A stretch of 64,000 bases of DNA, from positions 96,001-160,000 of the forward strand of contig CAWGMQ010000007.1 in assembly GCA_963823665.1 (NCBI GenBank). The letters run 5' to 3'. Both the position numbers and the translations under genes were made by a program. Positions 34,284 through 45,762 of the stretch are shown here, piece after piece; within the stretch, counting starts at the first letter, position 1, and each line of letters opens with the position of its first letter. This DNA is from an uncultured Planctomycetota bacterium. Lineage in GTDB: Bacteria; Planctomycetota; Planctomycetia; Isosphaerales; Isosphaeraceae. The notes under the pieces were generated by a model, which searched no databases, had not been told where the DNA came from, and saw only the letters and a list, made by a program, of their open reading frames with translations.

Positions 34284-35252
34284 ATGACTCATCATAATTT
34301 GTCGCGACGAGAAGTTCCGTGGCATGCACTGCTCAATTGCCCCGAGGCGGGAATCCTTGGGGCGCGTGAGGAACGCGAGTTGCTGGTCGAGCTGGTTGAC
34401 TGCAGGAATCGAATCCTCGCGGCTGCTCCAGTTGCGAATTCCGAGGCGCCAGAGAATAGTTTCCAGCAACGAGTCCGCGAGCTGGCGAGCCGGCCGGAGG
34501 GGCTGGATCCGGTCGAGGACGCGCTCCGGACGGTCGCGCAGCGTTACCAGGTGATCCGCTCGAAGCTGGCCATGGCGAATGTTCGCCTGGTCGCCCATGT
34601 GGCCAAGCCTTATCAAGGGCGGGGAATTCCTCCGGCCGACTTGCTCCAGGAAGGGATTTGCTCTCTTCTGGCTGCCATTGACCGCTTCGATGTCGTGCAA
34701 GAGACCCGGCTGGCCACCTACGCGATCTGGTGGATTCGCCAGGGTATTCAGCGCGCCATTGCGGCGGGCGCCTACCCGGTTCGCTTGAACCCGCGGCTGC
34801 TCTACCGCCTGGCACAACACGGCCAAAGCGAAGGCGACGAGGAGTGGGTGCGCCGTGGCGGCGCGAAACGGGCACACAAGGACGGGGCAGAGGGGGCCGC
34901 ATCCCGGTCCCTGGATCACCTGCTTGCAGCGACGCGGCCCCCGCTCTCGCTTGATGCACCCAGCCAGTCGGACGGCGTGACGGCACTCGCCGATTTCTTC
35001 ATCCTGGGCGAAACCGAGGACCAGGAAGACACGGACTCCGACGAATTCGTCGGGGTTCTGATCGAGAGTCTCGACCCGAGGGAACAGCTCATCCTCACGC
35101 TCCGGTTTGGCCTCAAAGGCAAGGAGCAGCAGACACTCGTCCAGGTCAGCAAACTGCTCGGCGTCTCGAAAGAGCGCGTGCGCCAACTCGAAGCACGAGC
35201 GCTGCGAAAACTCCGGGAGGGTACCTTACGCTCCGGGGGCAACGTGGTGTAA
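34284..35252 (+). CDS. RpoD/RpoS-like group sigma-70 factor
   Basis: 'ANVRLVAHVAKPY', 'DLLQEG', 'RLATYAIWWIRQGI', region 4 'LGVSKERVRQLEARALRKLR'. Confidence 0.9.
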   Translation: MTHHNLSRREVPWHALLNCPEAGILGAREERELLVELVDCRNRILAAAPVANSEAPENSFQQRVRELASRPEGLDPVEDALRTVAQRYQVIRSKLAMANVRLVAHVAKPYQGRGIPPADLLQEGICSLLAAIDRFDVVQETRLATYAIWWIRQGIQRAIAAGAYPVRLNPRLLYRLAQHGQSEGDEEWVRRGGAKRAHKDGAEGAASRSLDHLLAATRPPLSLDAPSQSDGVTALADFFILGETEDQEDTDSDEFVGVLIESLDPREQLILTLRFGLKGKEQQTLVQVSKLLGVSKERVRQLEARALRKLREGTLRSGGNVV

Positions 35253-35293
35253 GCTCCGAAAAGGGTCGATCTCATCGGAAGCGGGAAACGCAC

Positions 35294-35524
35294 ATGGCGG
35301 ACCGGAACGAACGAGTGCCCGAAAACGCGGCGGGAGCGTTCTACGTCGACTCGACGTGCATCGACTGCGATCTTTGCCGCGAGACGGCGCCACACAGTTT
35401 CAAGCGGAACGACTCGGAACACCGCAGCTACGTATTTCACCAGCCGGTCGATGCCGCCCAGGTAGCCGCGTGCGCAGCGGCGCTCGAGGAATGCCCGGTC
35501 GAGGCGATCGGGCGCGATGGGTGA
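35294..35524 (+). CDS. Ferredoxin (single cluster)
   Basis: 'CIDCDLC...CPVEAIG'. Confidence 0.9.
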   Translation: MADRNERVPENAAGAFYVDSTCIDCDLCRETAPHSFKRNDSEHRSYVFHQPVDAAQVAACAAALEECPVEAIGRDG

Positions 35525-35542
35525 GTTGCACTGAGGAGCCTC

Positions 35543-36664
35543 TTACCGCACGCCGCGTCCAGCATTCCGCTCAGCCTCGACGATCAAGCGATCAAACCCA
35601 TAAAGCAGCTCTTCGCGATGGGAGTAGGGCCCGGGTCGGTACGCGCGCGATTGCAACCCGAGCTGCATCTGCTCGCAGACGTGCCAGTCCTGGCGGTTGG
35701 TCAAATCCCAGAACTCGAACGCGTCGGCTGGATCGAAGTCGGCCCGCGCGAGCACATCGGAGTGAAACAACAACTCGCAGACGATCTCGGTGCGGCCCGC
35801 GCCACGGGGCCAGAGGGTGTGGACCATCACGTAGTCGGGATGAAGGGAGAGCAGCAAGTTCGGCAAGAATGCGTAGAAATAGACGTACCGCATATCGTCG
35901 CCCGAGACGCCGGGCAGGCATTCCCGCCGCATGGCGCCATCGAATGAGAATGTTCCGATTCCTTCACGGAGGCGCATCCGCCCGCCAAGGTAGCTTGGAC
36001 TTGCGGGCTCGTTCTCGCCGCTCAAGTAGTGCGAGAGCTTTTGCAAGGCGGGATGCACGCCCGGGCAATGCAGGCATTCGGAGTAGTTGTGGATGATTAG
36101 CTTCCAGTTGGCGGCCACGTCGTAGACGACTTGCTTCCCGCACCGGAGCTCGCCCATCTTCCAGGGTGCGAACCGCGCGTCGATGCCATCGAGCTGCTCC
36201 TTGAGCGGAACGGGCTTCTCACTCAAGTTGAGGAAGACGTGGCCGTCCCAGACATCTGTGGCGATTGGCACGAGGGGGTAATCCTCGAGGCGAAACCCTG
36301 GGGCGCGGTCCATCTGCGGCGCCGCCAGCAGACAGCCTTCCAGGTTGAAGGTCCAGGCGTGATAGGGGCATTGAATGGTCGAGGGGAATCGGCCCGCGCA
36401 CTCATTCACCAGTCGCGTGCCGCGATGGCGGCAGACGTTGTAGAATGCCCGTAGCTCGTGGCGATCGTCTCTCAAGACGATCAAGCTCTCGCCGGCAATC
36501 TCGCGCACGAAGAACTGGCCGGGATTTGCTACATCTTCGGCCCGTCCGGCGTGGAACCACGTGGTCAAGAATAGCCACTCAAGCTCGGCACGGTAGTACT
36601 CTTCGTCGATATAATACCGAGCCGGTAGGCTCATGCCGGTGAGCGTTTGCGTTGGCACAGTCAT
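35543..36664 (-). CDS. Rieske non-heme iron oxygenase alpha subunit (GbcA/choline monooxygenase-like)
   Basis: 'NVCRHRG', 'CPYHAW', 'ANWKLIIHNYSECLHCPGVHP', 'QDWHVCE'. Confidence 0.9.
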   Translation of the reverse strand: MTVPTQTLTGMSLPARYYIDEEYYRAELEWLFLTTWFHAGRAEDVANPGQFFVREIAGESLIVLRDDRHELRAFYNVCRHRGTRLVNECAGRFPSTIQCPYHAWTFNLEGCLLAAPQMDRAPGFRLEDYPLVPIATDVWDGHVFLNLSEKPVPLKEQLDGIDARFAPWKMGELRCGKQVVYDVAANWKLIIHNYSECLHCPGVHPALQKLSHYLSGENEPASPSYLGGRMRLREGIGTFSFDGAMRRECLPGVSGDDMRYVYFYAFLPNLLLSLHPDYVMVHTLWPRGAGRTEIVCELLFHSDVLARADFDPADAFEFWDLTNRQDWHVCEQMQLGLQSRAYRPGPYSHREELLYGFDRLIVEAERNAGRGVR

Positions 36665-36945
36665 ATCGAATCCTTGCTCAGCTCGAGTGTTGCCGCCACT
36701 GTAGAGCATCGCCGGCTCGGTCGTAAAGAGTCTTGCTCAATCGGAGTCGACCAGCCTTTCAAAGTCGGCTCGACGCTGGGCGCCATGACCGGCTCATGCG
36801 ATTCGGCGCATCCCGGCGTGAACGGCATCAGCTTTGCAAGATAAAAGTATAATGGCACCGGTTGGTCTGTGATGCGCCAACCAATCCCGCCGACTTGGCT
36901 GGGTGGGGTGCGAGAGTGCACGTCCCTGGGTAAGAGAGGGGGTCA

Positions 36946-37416
36946 GTGATGCGTCGGAAGAGATTGATCTGGGTCGGCGTCGTGGTGGTGGGATCGGCCT
37001 TGGGATGCGGGGCCTGGGCGATTGCGCAAGATCGCGTGAAAGTGGAGGTGACGGTTCCGGCGGTGCCCAATATCGGCACGGTCGCGCCGACCCCGGCGCC
37101 CGCGGATCTCGGGGGCTCGTCTCGGGGTGTGGTTTATATCGGCTACCGTGGGGCCTATCACGTTCTGGGAGGCGGGCACGAGGGCCACGCGATGTACCGC
37201 GACGCCAATAACCAGTTCTGGTCCAACAACCTGACGTATTACAGTACGAGCAATGGCTACTGGATTGCCTCGGTCAACGGCGTTCCGGATACATACCTGG
37301 CATTCCAGACCACGCCGGCGAGCCCCGACGCTCCGTTTTTCAGGGTGCTCATCCACACGCCGAACACCTCTGGATATGTGGCCTGGGATGAGGCGACCAG
37401 GGGCAATACGCAGTAA
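36946..37416 (+). CDS. Secreted hypothetical protein
   Basis: Signal peptide ending AIA; aromatic, beta-rich domain; GAGGGG ribosome-binding site. Confidence 0.65.
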   Translation: MMRRKRLIWVGVVVVGSALGCGAWAIAQDRVKVEVTVPAVPNIGTVAPTPAPADLGGSSRGVVYIGYRGAYHVLGGGHEGHAMYRDANNQFWSNNLTYYSTSNGYWIASVNGVPDTYLAFQTTPASPDAPFFRVLIHTPNTSGYVAWDEATRGNTQ

Positions 37417-37656
37417 GCAATCGCGCAGTGACCGTCATCGATGAGCGAGCCGGTGTGCGGGTGGCCTGGACCCGACGTCCGGCTCGCGGCCCACCCTGAG
37501 CATTTGCGGCGTTGCAGTAGGTTCTGTGAAGAACCCGTGTTTGACGGGACGAGGAAAACTAAGCGCACGCGTTTTCTCCTGACGATAGTAAAAGAATGGT
37601 GCGTTGCCGGCGGCGAGCTTGCCGGTTCTGGAGCCGGGGATTTCAGGAGGATTGTG

Positions 37657-38667
37657 ATGGCTCGGCCCTTGCTGAAGTTGACGCTGGGATGCTGGCTGGT
37701 CCTCGGGTTAGGCGCTGCTCGTTCGCTCGCGGATGCCTGGACAGATGCGCTCTTCCCGGAGAGGAGCCACGACTTCGGGATGGTGCCGCGGGGCGTGAAG
37801 GTCAAGCATGACTTTCTCCTGGTCAACCGGCTGTCCGAGCCGATCACCATTCTCAATTTGCGGCCTTCGTGCGGGTGCACGAGCGGGAAGGCGCATGCAT
37901 CGACGGTTGCGCCTGGTGAGTCGACGGTGATCGAGGCCGAGATGGACACGCGAAACTTCGTCGGTCCCAAGGCGACCGTCCTGTTTGTGAATTTGATCAC
38001 CGCCAGCGGCCGCGAGTCCGAGGCGCGTCTGGCCGTTTCGTCGTTCATCCTGAGCGACATCGTGCTGAACCCCGGCGCCGTCGATTTCGGGACCGTGAAG
38101 CGCGGGCAGGCGGCCACGCAGGTGCTCACAATCGATCGGATCAACCGCCCCGACTGGAAATTCACTCGCATGGTCTCGGCCACACGATCTCTCTCCGCCC
38201 AGCTTGTCGAGACCTCCCGGAAGGATGCCGCCGTGAGCTACGCGCTCACGGTCAGTGTGAAGCCCGACGCGCCTGCCGGCTTGCTGCGCGATGAGCTGCG
38301 TTTGATCAGCAATGATCCAGAGACTCCGAGCATCCCCATCATGGTAACCGGCGTGATTCGCGGTGACTTGACCGCCGCGCCGTCGGTGTTGTCGCTGGGC
38401 CAGGTGCATTCTTCGGCTGGCGCCCACGGGCGCTTCGTCGTTCGCGCCTCGCGGCCATTCGCGATCCGCGCGATCGAAGGAGCCGGCAATGGGTTTGTCA
38501 CGTCAGCTCCGGATGGGACGCGCCAGGCCGCCCATGTGGTGACGGTGGCATACAAACCCGAAGAGGGCACGACCACCGGCGATATCCGCCGCGTCTTCCG
38601 CGTGCACACCGACCTGCCGGATGAGCCGGCGCTGGACTTGACGGCGACGTTGCACGTGGTGCCGTGA
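37657..38667 (+). CDS. DUF1573 (Ig-like) domain protein
   Basis: Signal peptide, 'HDFGMVPRG', 'PSCGCT'; AGGAGG ribosome-binding site. Confidence 0.85.
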   Translation: MARPLLKLTLGCWLVLGLGAARSLADAWTDALFPERSHDFGMVPRGVKVKHDFLLVNRLSEPITILNLRPSCGCTSGKAHASTVAPGESTVIEAEMDTRNFVGPKATVLFVNLITASGRESEARLAVSSFILSDIVLNPGAVDFGTVKRGQAATQVLTIDRINRPDWKFTRMVSATRSLSAQLVETSRKDAAVSYALTVSVKPDAPAGLLRDELRLISNDPETPSIPIMVTGVIRGDLTAAPSVLSLGQVHSSAGAHGRFVVRASRPFAIRAIEGAGNGFVTSAPDGTRQAAHVVTVAYKPEEGTTTGDIRRVFRVHTDLPDEPALDLTATLHVVP

Positions 38668-38749
38668 GGTCCAGCGGCGTACGCATGTCATCGCGGCGGC
38701 AACGCAAATTGAGCTCGACAGCCGGCGGCGTTCGATCGATGCTTGTGCG

Positions 38750-39115
38750 ATGAAATCATCGACGCGGCACCCCTGGTACGGACACCTACGCGTCAGCGTG
38801 CGCGAGCTGCTCGTTCTCATAGCTGGTACCGGTCTCGGTTCCGTCGTCCGCGACGCGCGCATTCAACATAGGGCGGTCGCGATCCTCCTTCAACACGGCC
38901 ACGTTGGATACGACCATCAGCCGTGGGATGGCCGGACCCCAGGCGGTTTGGGCCGAACGGTTCCGAACTGGCTCATGGATCGCGTCGGTGTCGATTATTT
39001 CAGTAACGTCGTGAATGTCCATCTAAACGAGATCGAGCCGAAGTCCTTGGCGGCGCTCTCGTCATTGGCCCGATTCGGACGGCTCGAAACTCTGAACATA
39101 GCTTTCGAACAAAGG
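38750..39115 (+). pseudogene. Truncated LRR-family gene (N-terminal part only)
   Basis: 'RHPWYGHLRVSVRELLVLI...RDARIQHRAV...PNWLMDRVGVDYFSNV' aligns with the N-terminus of 48662..49600; similarity ends after about one LRR. Confidence 0.65.
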
Positions 39116-39265
39116 CGCTGCCAAACCTCGTTATCGACCGGTGGGAGCTGTGGTGAGCAGGAACGGTCGACGCGCTTCGGCAAGCGGCGACCGCTCCAGG
39201 TCCCGACGACGACTCCGATTGACGATTTTTCGCTCACCTCGACGAATCCACCGGCGTGAGCGGTA

Positions 39266-40144
39266 TCACGGCGCCAGGTGCCGGTTGCCCCGGATCCACG
39301 GCCGGCGGCGACGGCTGAAGGCGTTGCCCGGCGCCATTCTCGGCGCTGATGCCGGGCCGACCGGCACCGGACTTCCGCCGGGCGATCCCGCCGCCGGCTG
39401 GCTGCCGCCGGGCGTGCGGCTGAGCTTCATCTGCAGGTTTTCGATGGTCGTGTGCAGGTGGCGAACGGCGTGGTCGCAGCCCTGTGTGTTGCCCGAATAC
39501 GAGAGCGAGTGCGCCATGAGCCGCCCCAGCCGGCGTTCGTAAACCACCACGTGAACATATTCGACGAAATCCGTCGCCGGCGAGCCGCAGTGGCCGTGAG
39601 TGCGGGTCAGATCGCCGGATTGCACCAGATCAAAAATCGGCTTCAGATCGGCCGGGCGAAGATGGTGCACGCCTTCGGAATCAATCACCGTGCCGTCCGT
39701 GAAGATCTGCATGAACATGCCGAACTGGCTGCCGTCGTCGGACCGGCCGAGCGCCAGCCGCGTCAGGAGCGGGTCGGCATTGGTGACCGCCGTGCTCGTT
39801 CGTGGCCGGGGCGAAAGCCGCTGGCCAGGAGCACTGCCGCTGACGGGGGGCGTCACCGGCCCCTGTGACGTCAAGCCGCCGTAATCTGAGCCGGTGATTG
39901 GCCCGTAAGGCGAGGCGGACTGGCTGCCTCCAGCCTGACTGCCGGGCGCTCCGACGCCGGGAACGCCGCCCGCCGGTCTCGACGCCGGTGAGCTGCTGTT
40001 CGACGACGACGATGATCCGCCACGGAAGAGCCTGCTCAAGAATCCCTCGTCATCAGCACGCGCGGTAACCAGTCCCGTGCCTGCAACGATCAGACCCGCA
40101 GCAACCATGGTTCTTTCAACAACTTGAGACAATCGCAGATGCAT
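39266..40144 (-). CDS. Secreted hypothetical protein with Ser/Gly/Pro-rich linker
   Basis: Signal peptide and a globular part 'QFGMFMQIFTDGTVIDSEG...HCG...GCDH'; 3' end possibly frameshifted. Confidence 0.65.
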   Translation of the reverse strand: MHLRLSQVVERTMVAAGLIVAGTGLVTARADDEGFLSRLFRGGSSSSSNSSSPASRPAGGVPGVGAPGSQAGGSQSASPYGPITGSDYGGLTSQGPVTPPVSGSAPGQRLSPRPRTSTAVTNADPLLTRLALGRSDDGSQFGMFMQIFTDGTVIDSEGVHHLRPADLKPIFDLVQSGDLTRTHGHCGSPATDFVEYVHVVVYERRLGRLMAHSLSYSGNTQGCDHAVRHLHTTIENLQMKLSRTPGGSQPAAGSPGGSPVPVGPASAPRMAPGNAFSRRRRPWIRGNRHLAP

Positions 40145-40225
40145 CGCCGACCTCCTTGCCGGTTCGCATTCCTGGCCTGGCCGTATCCGTGCCGGTCACT
40201 GCGGTGTGCCCGGCACGCTGTTCCG

Positions 40226-41797
40226 TCAGAACGAGACGACGCGGTAAGCCTCCTCCAGCGTCGTCGTTCCTTCCAGTATTTTATCGACCGCGCTGTGCTT
40301 CAAGGTTCGCATTCCCAGGTCAACTGCGATCCGTCGCAGCACGTCCTTGGGAATTTGCTGGAACACCAGGTCGCGGAGCTCGTCGCCGACGACCATGATC
40401 TCGAAAATGCCCGTTCGCCCCAGGTAACCGGTCTGGAAGCACGCCGGGCAGCCCAGTCCGCGGTGTAGCCGCAAGTCGCGATGCTCGGCGGGCTCGATCT
40501 CCAGCATTCTCAGCATTTTCTCGTCGGCCGCGTAGGTGACCCGGCAATACGGGCAAATCTTGCGGATCAGCCGCTGCGAGACGATCGCCAGCAGGCTGCT
40601 CGAAAGCTGATAGCCGGGGATGCCGAAGTTGTAGAGGTTGCTGATCGTGCTGGGCGCGTCCGAGCCGTGCAGGGTGCTGAAGACGAGCACGCCCGTGAGC
40701 GCGGCTCGGATGCCGATCCGCGCGGTTTCATCGTCGCGAATCTCGCCGATCATGATGATGTCGGGATCCTGCCGAAGCATGGCTCGCAGGCCCTCGCTGA
40801 AGCCCATCTCACCCTGATTGTTGATCTGCGATTGGTTGATGCCCGGAATGCGGTGCTCGATCGGGTCTTCGATCGTCATCACGTTCTTGAGCGGCGAGTT
40901 GATCCGCTCCAGGCAGTTGTAGAGGGTCGAGGTCTTGCCCGAGCCGACCGGCCCGGCGACCAGCACGGCGCCGTAGGGCTGGGTGATCAGCTTGTCGAGC
41001 GTTTCGGCTTGTTCCTTGGTCATGCCCGAGGTGGGTGAAGCCGTCGACGTCGGTCAGTACTTCGTGAATCCGGATGACGATCTTCTCGCCGAAGATCGTG
41101 GGAAAAGTGGCCACGCGGAGGTCGCGCGGGCGGTTATGGTGCTGGATCGTGATGCGGCCGTCCTGGGAATGCTTGCGCTCGACGATGTTCAGGTTCGAGA
41201 TGATCTTGATGCCGGCTGATCACCGGCGTGGCCATGGCCGGCTCGACGAAGAGAATGTCCTGAAGCTGGCCGTCGATGCGGAACCGAACCCGCAGGCCGC
41301 TCTCCTGGGGATCGAAGTGGATGTCGGTCGCCTCGCAGTCGCAAGCGCGTTCCAGGATCTGATCGACGAGCTCCGACAGTGTGGCGGTCTGAACTTTTTC
41401 CTGCAGGTCCTTGCGAACGTCGCGATGATGCTGCGTGCGGTTCGGCGAGAGCGTTCCCGCGGTGGCCGCGGCGACTGCGACCGACCGCTTCGGATCACCA
41501 TTGTCGGTCGCCAGCGCGCTCAATCGCTCGAAGGCAAGCTGGTTGAGCAGATCGGGCGAGATGAGATTAAGCTCAAGAATCGCCTGGCGTAGGTCGCGAT
41601 TGTGTTCGTCGCAATAAACCTGGGCAGAATGCGCCTCCTCGACCGAAAGCAGGCCGCGATTGATCAACAGCTCGATCAGGATCTGATCGCCGTGCGACAG
41701 GCTCGGAAAGAGCGAGGCGGCGGATGCGTGAATTCCGATCTCGCGCCGAAGTGTTCGGTCCCGCGGGAAACTGTGGCGAGGAGGGCAATGGATCCAC
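40226..41797 (-). CDS. GspE/PilB-family secretion ATPase, multiple frameshifts
   Basis: 'ATDIHFDP', 'RFRIDG', Walker A GPVGSGKT, 'TIEDPIE', 'LRQDPDIIMIGEIRD', two CxxC motifs, 'GYLGRTGIFE'. Confidence 0.9.
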
Positions 41798-42105
41798 GGC
41801 GGACTCTCCTGGGCGTATGGTCCGCCCAGCCTCATTATCGGCGGCGAACCACGCCCTTGATCCCAGTTGTCGTACTAATAAGTGAGCCGGTTATCTCGTG
41901 ATGGGCAGCATGCGACCGATGCCATGCTTCGCGTATTGTTCCGCAATTCTGCCGCCCATGCCAAGAAGTTTCTGGAATCACGCCCGTTTTTCCGGCGTCC
42001 TACCCTTCGAACGCCGAAAATCCGGCGCTGGGGAGTTCGTTCCTCCCCACGCCGGTCAGCACAGTTTCAGAATCACAGTGCCCTCAGGTGATTGCAGTCA
42101 GCAAC

Positions 42106-42390
42106 TCACCAGCCCATCATTTCATCCAGCATCCTGTCGAGAGCCAACTCGAGTTTTTCGGGAGTCTCGTACGACCCCGCGGCGATTTGACGCCGAATCT
42201 CGTCGACTCTCTCGTGCCGAATTTCCGGCAACTGGCCAATTCCGTCGAGCATCTTACCCAAGGGTGAGATTTCGACGTGGTCTCGCGGCGCACCTGCGTG
42301 CACTGCTTGACCGGCATCCAGGCTGAACGCAGCCAGTCGCGGGTAAATGGGTTGAGGACCTTGAGTTCCTCCAGCGCCGTAGATTTCCAT
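42106..42390 (-). CDS. flgM: Anti-sigma-28 factor FlgM-like
   Basis: 'DHVEIS...PEIRHERVDEIRRQIAAGSY'; GGGAGG ribosome-binding site. Confidence 0.8.
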   Translation of the reverse strand: MEIYGAGGTQGPQPIYPRLAAFSLDAGQAVHAGAPRDHVEISPLGKMLDGIGQLPEIRHERVDEIRRQIAAGSYETPEKLELALDRMLDEMMGW

Positions 42391-42645
42391 TGCGCCTCCC
42401 AATCAGATGCGTTGGCCGAAGGCTCCGCCGACGGCTTAAACAAGTGTTGTGAAACAAGATACCCACGGAGGCCACACGAAAAGGGAGCCGCCTGACCGCC
42501 AGTCGGATCTTCTCGCTCCGGTCTCCGTACACTCTCTGACGCCCCGTCACGGGCATCCACAGTTCTTTGTATCGACCGGATTCCGGGGCGAGTTTAATGA
42601 AAGCCTCGAACGCGCGAGCTTGCATGGTAGCCGAAGCGACCGGAA

Positions 42646-43948
42646 TCAGCGTGATCGTCCTTTCGGACCGGCCGTTGCCTGTCTGACGTTTCAGGCCTTC
42701 CGCCATTCGTGTGGACAGCTCCTTCATCTCCTCGGACACCATTTGCACCTTCTGCCGGAGCTGCCGCAGTTCTTCCTGCTGCTGTGGCGAAGTCGGCCGG
42801 GAAGTGAGGGAGTCTAAGGTCTTGATCGCATCATGAAGGTCCTGAGCGCCCTTCGTGTAGACGCAGCACCGTGTCGTATACAGCCTGCACTCGCAAGTCC
42901 TCATGATTCGGCTTGTAGAACGGACTGAGCACGAGTGGATTCGTGAAGATTTTCTGGACGAGCTTGTTTGCCCAGTCCGAGGCATCGCGGAAATTCGTGA
43001 CGGATCGTTCAATTTCCGCGCGACTGTGCGTGAGCATATCCGAGACCTCGTTCGCGATCTTGTCGCCCGAATAGAGCACGCGGTCGAGGCGTGCCCGCGA
43101 CATCTCCGCACCGTCGAGCAGCTTTTCGAGCTTGGGCAGATCGCGGGCGATGATCGGGTTGATCGAGCCGCTGACGTCGCGCACCGAGACCAGCGTTTGC
43201 CGGATCGCTTCTCGATTATCGACCATGTAGCCTTCGCCCTCTCGCGTGATCCCCTCGATGTGCGTGATGATCCGCTCGAGCTCGGGCGACTTTGGCGTTC
43301 AGCTTGCGCGCCATGGTCATCGATCTGCCCGACGGTCGATTCCAGGGCCGGCCGCATCGAGTCGCTCATCTCGCGCAGGTTGCCGGCTGTCTCCTGGAGC
43401 GAGCCCAGGATCTGCTGAATCTGCGGCCCGATCGAATCCACTCGCTGCCGCACTTCGGCGATTGTGTGGCTCAAGTGGTTGCGCTCGACGGGGCCCAGGC
43501 CCACTTGTTCGATGATAGGGTCAAAGAGCGACGTCTCGACGCCCGGGATTGACTGCCCGGGGATAAGGGCGACGCTCGAACGGCCAGTCGACATGACGTT
43601 CACGTGGCTCATTCCGGTCAAGGCAGGCTGAATCGACACTTTCACATCCTGCCGCAGTTTCTTGACGAGCGCGGCCGGCAGCGAAATCTTCACCCGCGCA
43701 CGGAGCATTCCCTCGACTTCCACCAGATCGACATCGACCACGTTTCCCGTATCGAGGCCGGCGACCCGCACCGTGCTGCCGATCCGGACCCCCTGGGCGT
43801 CGCGAAACACCACGTCGATCGTGCGGTGAGGCGCCAGGAACCCGGGGCCGTCGCTCGCCATGCCGACGAGTGTCAGCAGTGCGGCCACCGCGGCAATCAC
43901 GATCAGACCGACCCACACATCACGCGCCCTGGACCGAGTGCTCATCAA
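42646..43948 (-). CDS. MlaD/MCE family protein with long helical C-terminus, frameshifted
   Basis: TM helix, then 'FRDAQGVRIGSTVRVAGLDTGNV'; the middle lies in ORF 42831..43226. The 3' end is approximate. Confidence 0.8.
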
Positions 43949-44097
43949 GCTTCCTCCCCACCATCCCGGAATTGCGAATTTGGCCCGGCAAGATCGATAG
44001 TCGCCTTTCGCTCCGCGAAAGTGCGTCCCCCATCATTCCCGAATTGCGAATACTGCTCGGGCCCAGCCTCGCCCTCCCCGGAATCTTGAATCGCCGC

Positions 44098-45075
44098 TCA
44101 AGGCTGCGGCAGTAATGTCGGGCCGTAGAACGGAACCGCGTGATACACCAGCATGAACCAGCTCGAGTTCATGATCAGAATCGCCACCATCGACAAGCAG
44201 GCCGCGCGGAAGACCGGCACGCTGCACGGGGGCGCGAGCCCTTGCCATCCAAGCGGAGCGCGGTCGACGGCGTCCCGGCTCTCGTCGTTTTCGCGATCGG
44301 AGAGCCCCTCGTAGCAACAAATCGCAGCCGGCAGGGCGCCGAACAGAATGCCTTTCACGATCAGGCCCGTCACGTCCCGGAACCACATCATCTTGAGCAA
44401 CATCATGAAGAACATCTCCGTCGAGAGCCCCATCAGTGACTCCGACGCCTTCCAGCCAACCACCGTGCCGACCGTGATGCCCCAGAGTGAGAGCAGGATG
44501 CACGCGATCGAGGCCGCCGCGATCCTCGGGCCGGTGAGCCGGTTCAGGCTCACGTGAACCGCCGGCCCCGCAGGCGGGTCGGCCGCGTTACGACCGCGGC
44601 GCCCTGATCCCGCGGACTCCGCGCCGGGTTCGGCCTGCTCGAGCACCACGTGACGTCTGATCATGCGCAGCTCCGGAATCATCCGCGCCGCGAGAATGCC
44701 GGAGAAAACCATGCCGCTCATGATTCCGCCCAGGTTGCGCAGCAAGCCCACGCCGACCACGGCGCCGGTGCCATCCACAAACGTGCTGCCGTAGTACGCC
44801 TGGAGCGAGAGGAACGAGCCGACAGCGACGTGCACGAGCCCGATCGTCGGAATCCCCATGGAAAGCATCCAGAAGAGCTGATGCAAGAGAGACCGCATGA
44901 AGCCCGGCCCGCGCTCGTCTCGGCGCCCCTTCCAGGGCCAGATCAGCCAGCCCAGGGCACCCAGCAGCAGAATCGTCACTCCGCCCACATAGCCCAGGCC
45001 GTCGACAACGCAGCGGCCCAACCAGGCCACCGGCCCACCCGGCTTGGGCGACGTTGTAAGGGTTCCAGAAGACAT
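44098..45075 (-). CDS. MlaE-like ABC transporter permease
   Basis: Multi-TM; 'GAVVGVGLLRNLG', 'GPRIAA', 'KGILFG...ICCYEG'; directly upstream of the MCE gene. Confidence 0.75.
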   Translation of the reverse strand: MSSGTLTTSPKPGGPVAWLGRCVVDGLGYVGGVTILLLGALGWLIWPWKGRRDERGPGFMRSLLHQLFWMLSMGIPTIGLVHVAVGSFLSLQAYYGSTFVDGTGAVVGVGLLRNLGGIMSGMVFSGILAARMIPELRMIRRHVVLEQAEPGAESAGSGRRGRNAADPPAGPAVHVSLNRLTGPRIAAASIACILLSLWGITVGTVVGWKASESLMGLSTEMFFMMLLKMMWFRDVTGLIVKGILFGALPAAICCYEGLSDRENDESRDAVDRAPLGWQGLAPPCSVPVFRAACLSMVAILIMNSSWFMLVYHAVPFYGPTLLPQP

Positions 45076-45113
45076 GGCCGGCTTCCTTCCGGGGCTCGAG
45101 CTCTCGCAAAAAA

Positions 45114-45543
45114 TCAGGGATCGCTCGAAACGCTCGCCTTGATTCTCCGGACCTTTCGCTTCCGCGTTTCGGTCGCCGCCAACTGAGGAGAAGGCGTGAT
45201 GCCCCTGCCTGCGGGCGCCTGAGCGACCCAAGCTTGCCACCGCTGGACGGCAGTTGACCGCTCCTCGGGGCTCGCCCAGGGCAAATAGCCAAAATCCTGG
45301 CCGGTGCCGCTTGCGCAGCTCTTCGTGAGCCGCCAGGCGCACCACCGGATCGCTGTCATCCAGCCGAGATAAGAGCGCCGGCAGCGCCTCGGAATCCGGC
45401 TTTTGGCCGCTCAGGCCGACAGCCCGGGCGCGAACCAATGGCGCCGTGCTGGCGATCTTCTCGAAACGTTTCGGACCATGCGCGCAGCCCCATGACGGAG
45501 CCAGTGCGGCTGCAAGCACGATCGTGCCGATCCATCGACCCAT
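45114..45543 (-). CDS. HEAT-repeat lipoprotein, frameshift near 45305
   Basis: Lipobox-like 'SWGC'; 'ALLSRLDDSDPVVRLAAHEEL', then 'TGQDFGYLPWASPEER' in ORF 45114..45359. Confidence 0.7.
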
Positions 45544-45762
45544 CCGCGCGACGCCCTTCCGTGGTTCGCCGGCTATTGAAATGACATCAGGCGCGCATCC
45601 GGCGCCTGTCGACCCCCGTCCGGAGTCGCCGCGAACTTTAGTCAAAATCCACAATCGCAACAATGCCAATCCGGCGGGCCGCGAGGGGATGAGGGAACCG
45701 GGCGGACGTGAGCGTTCGCACGTGTCGCTGGAGGGCTGAAATCGACGACGCGAGAATAGTAG

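Noticed and set aside
42254..42645. MlaD C-terminal extension overlapping flgM
   Set aside because: Most likely read-through caused by an indel near the true stop (about 42646).
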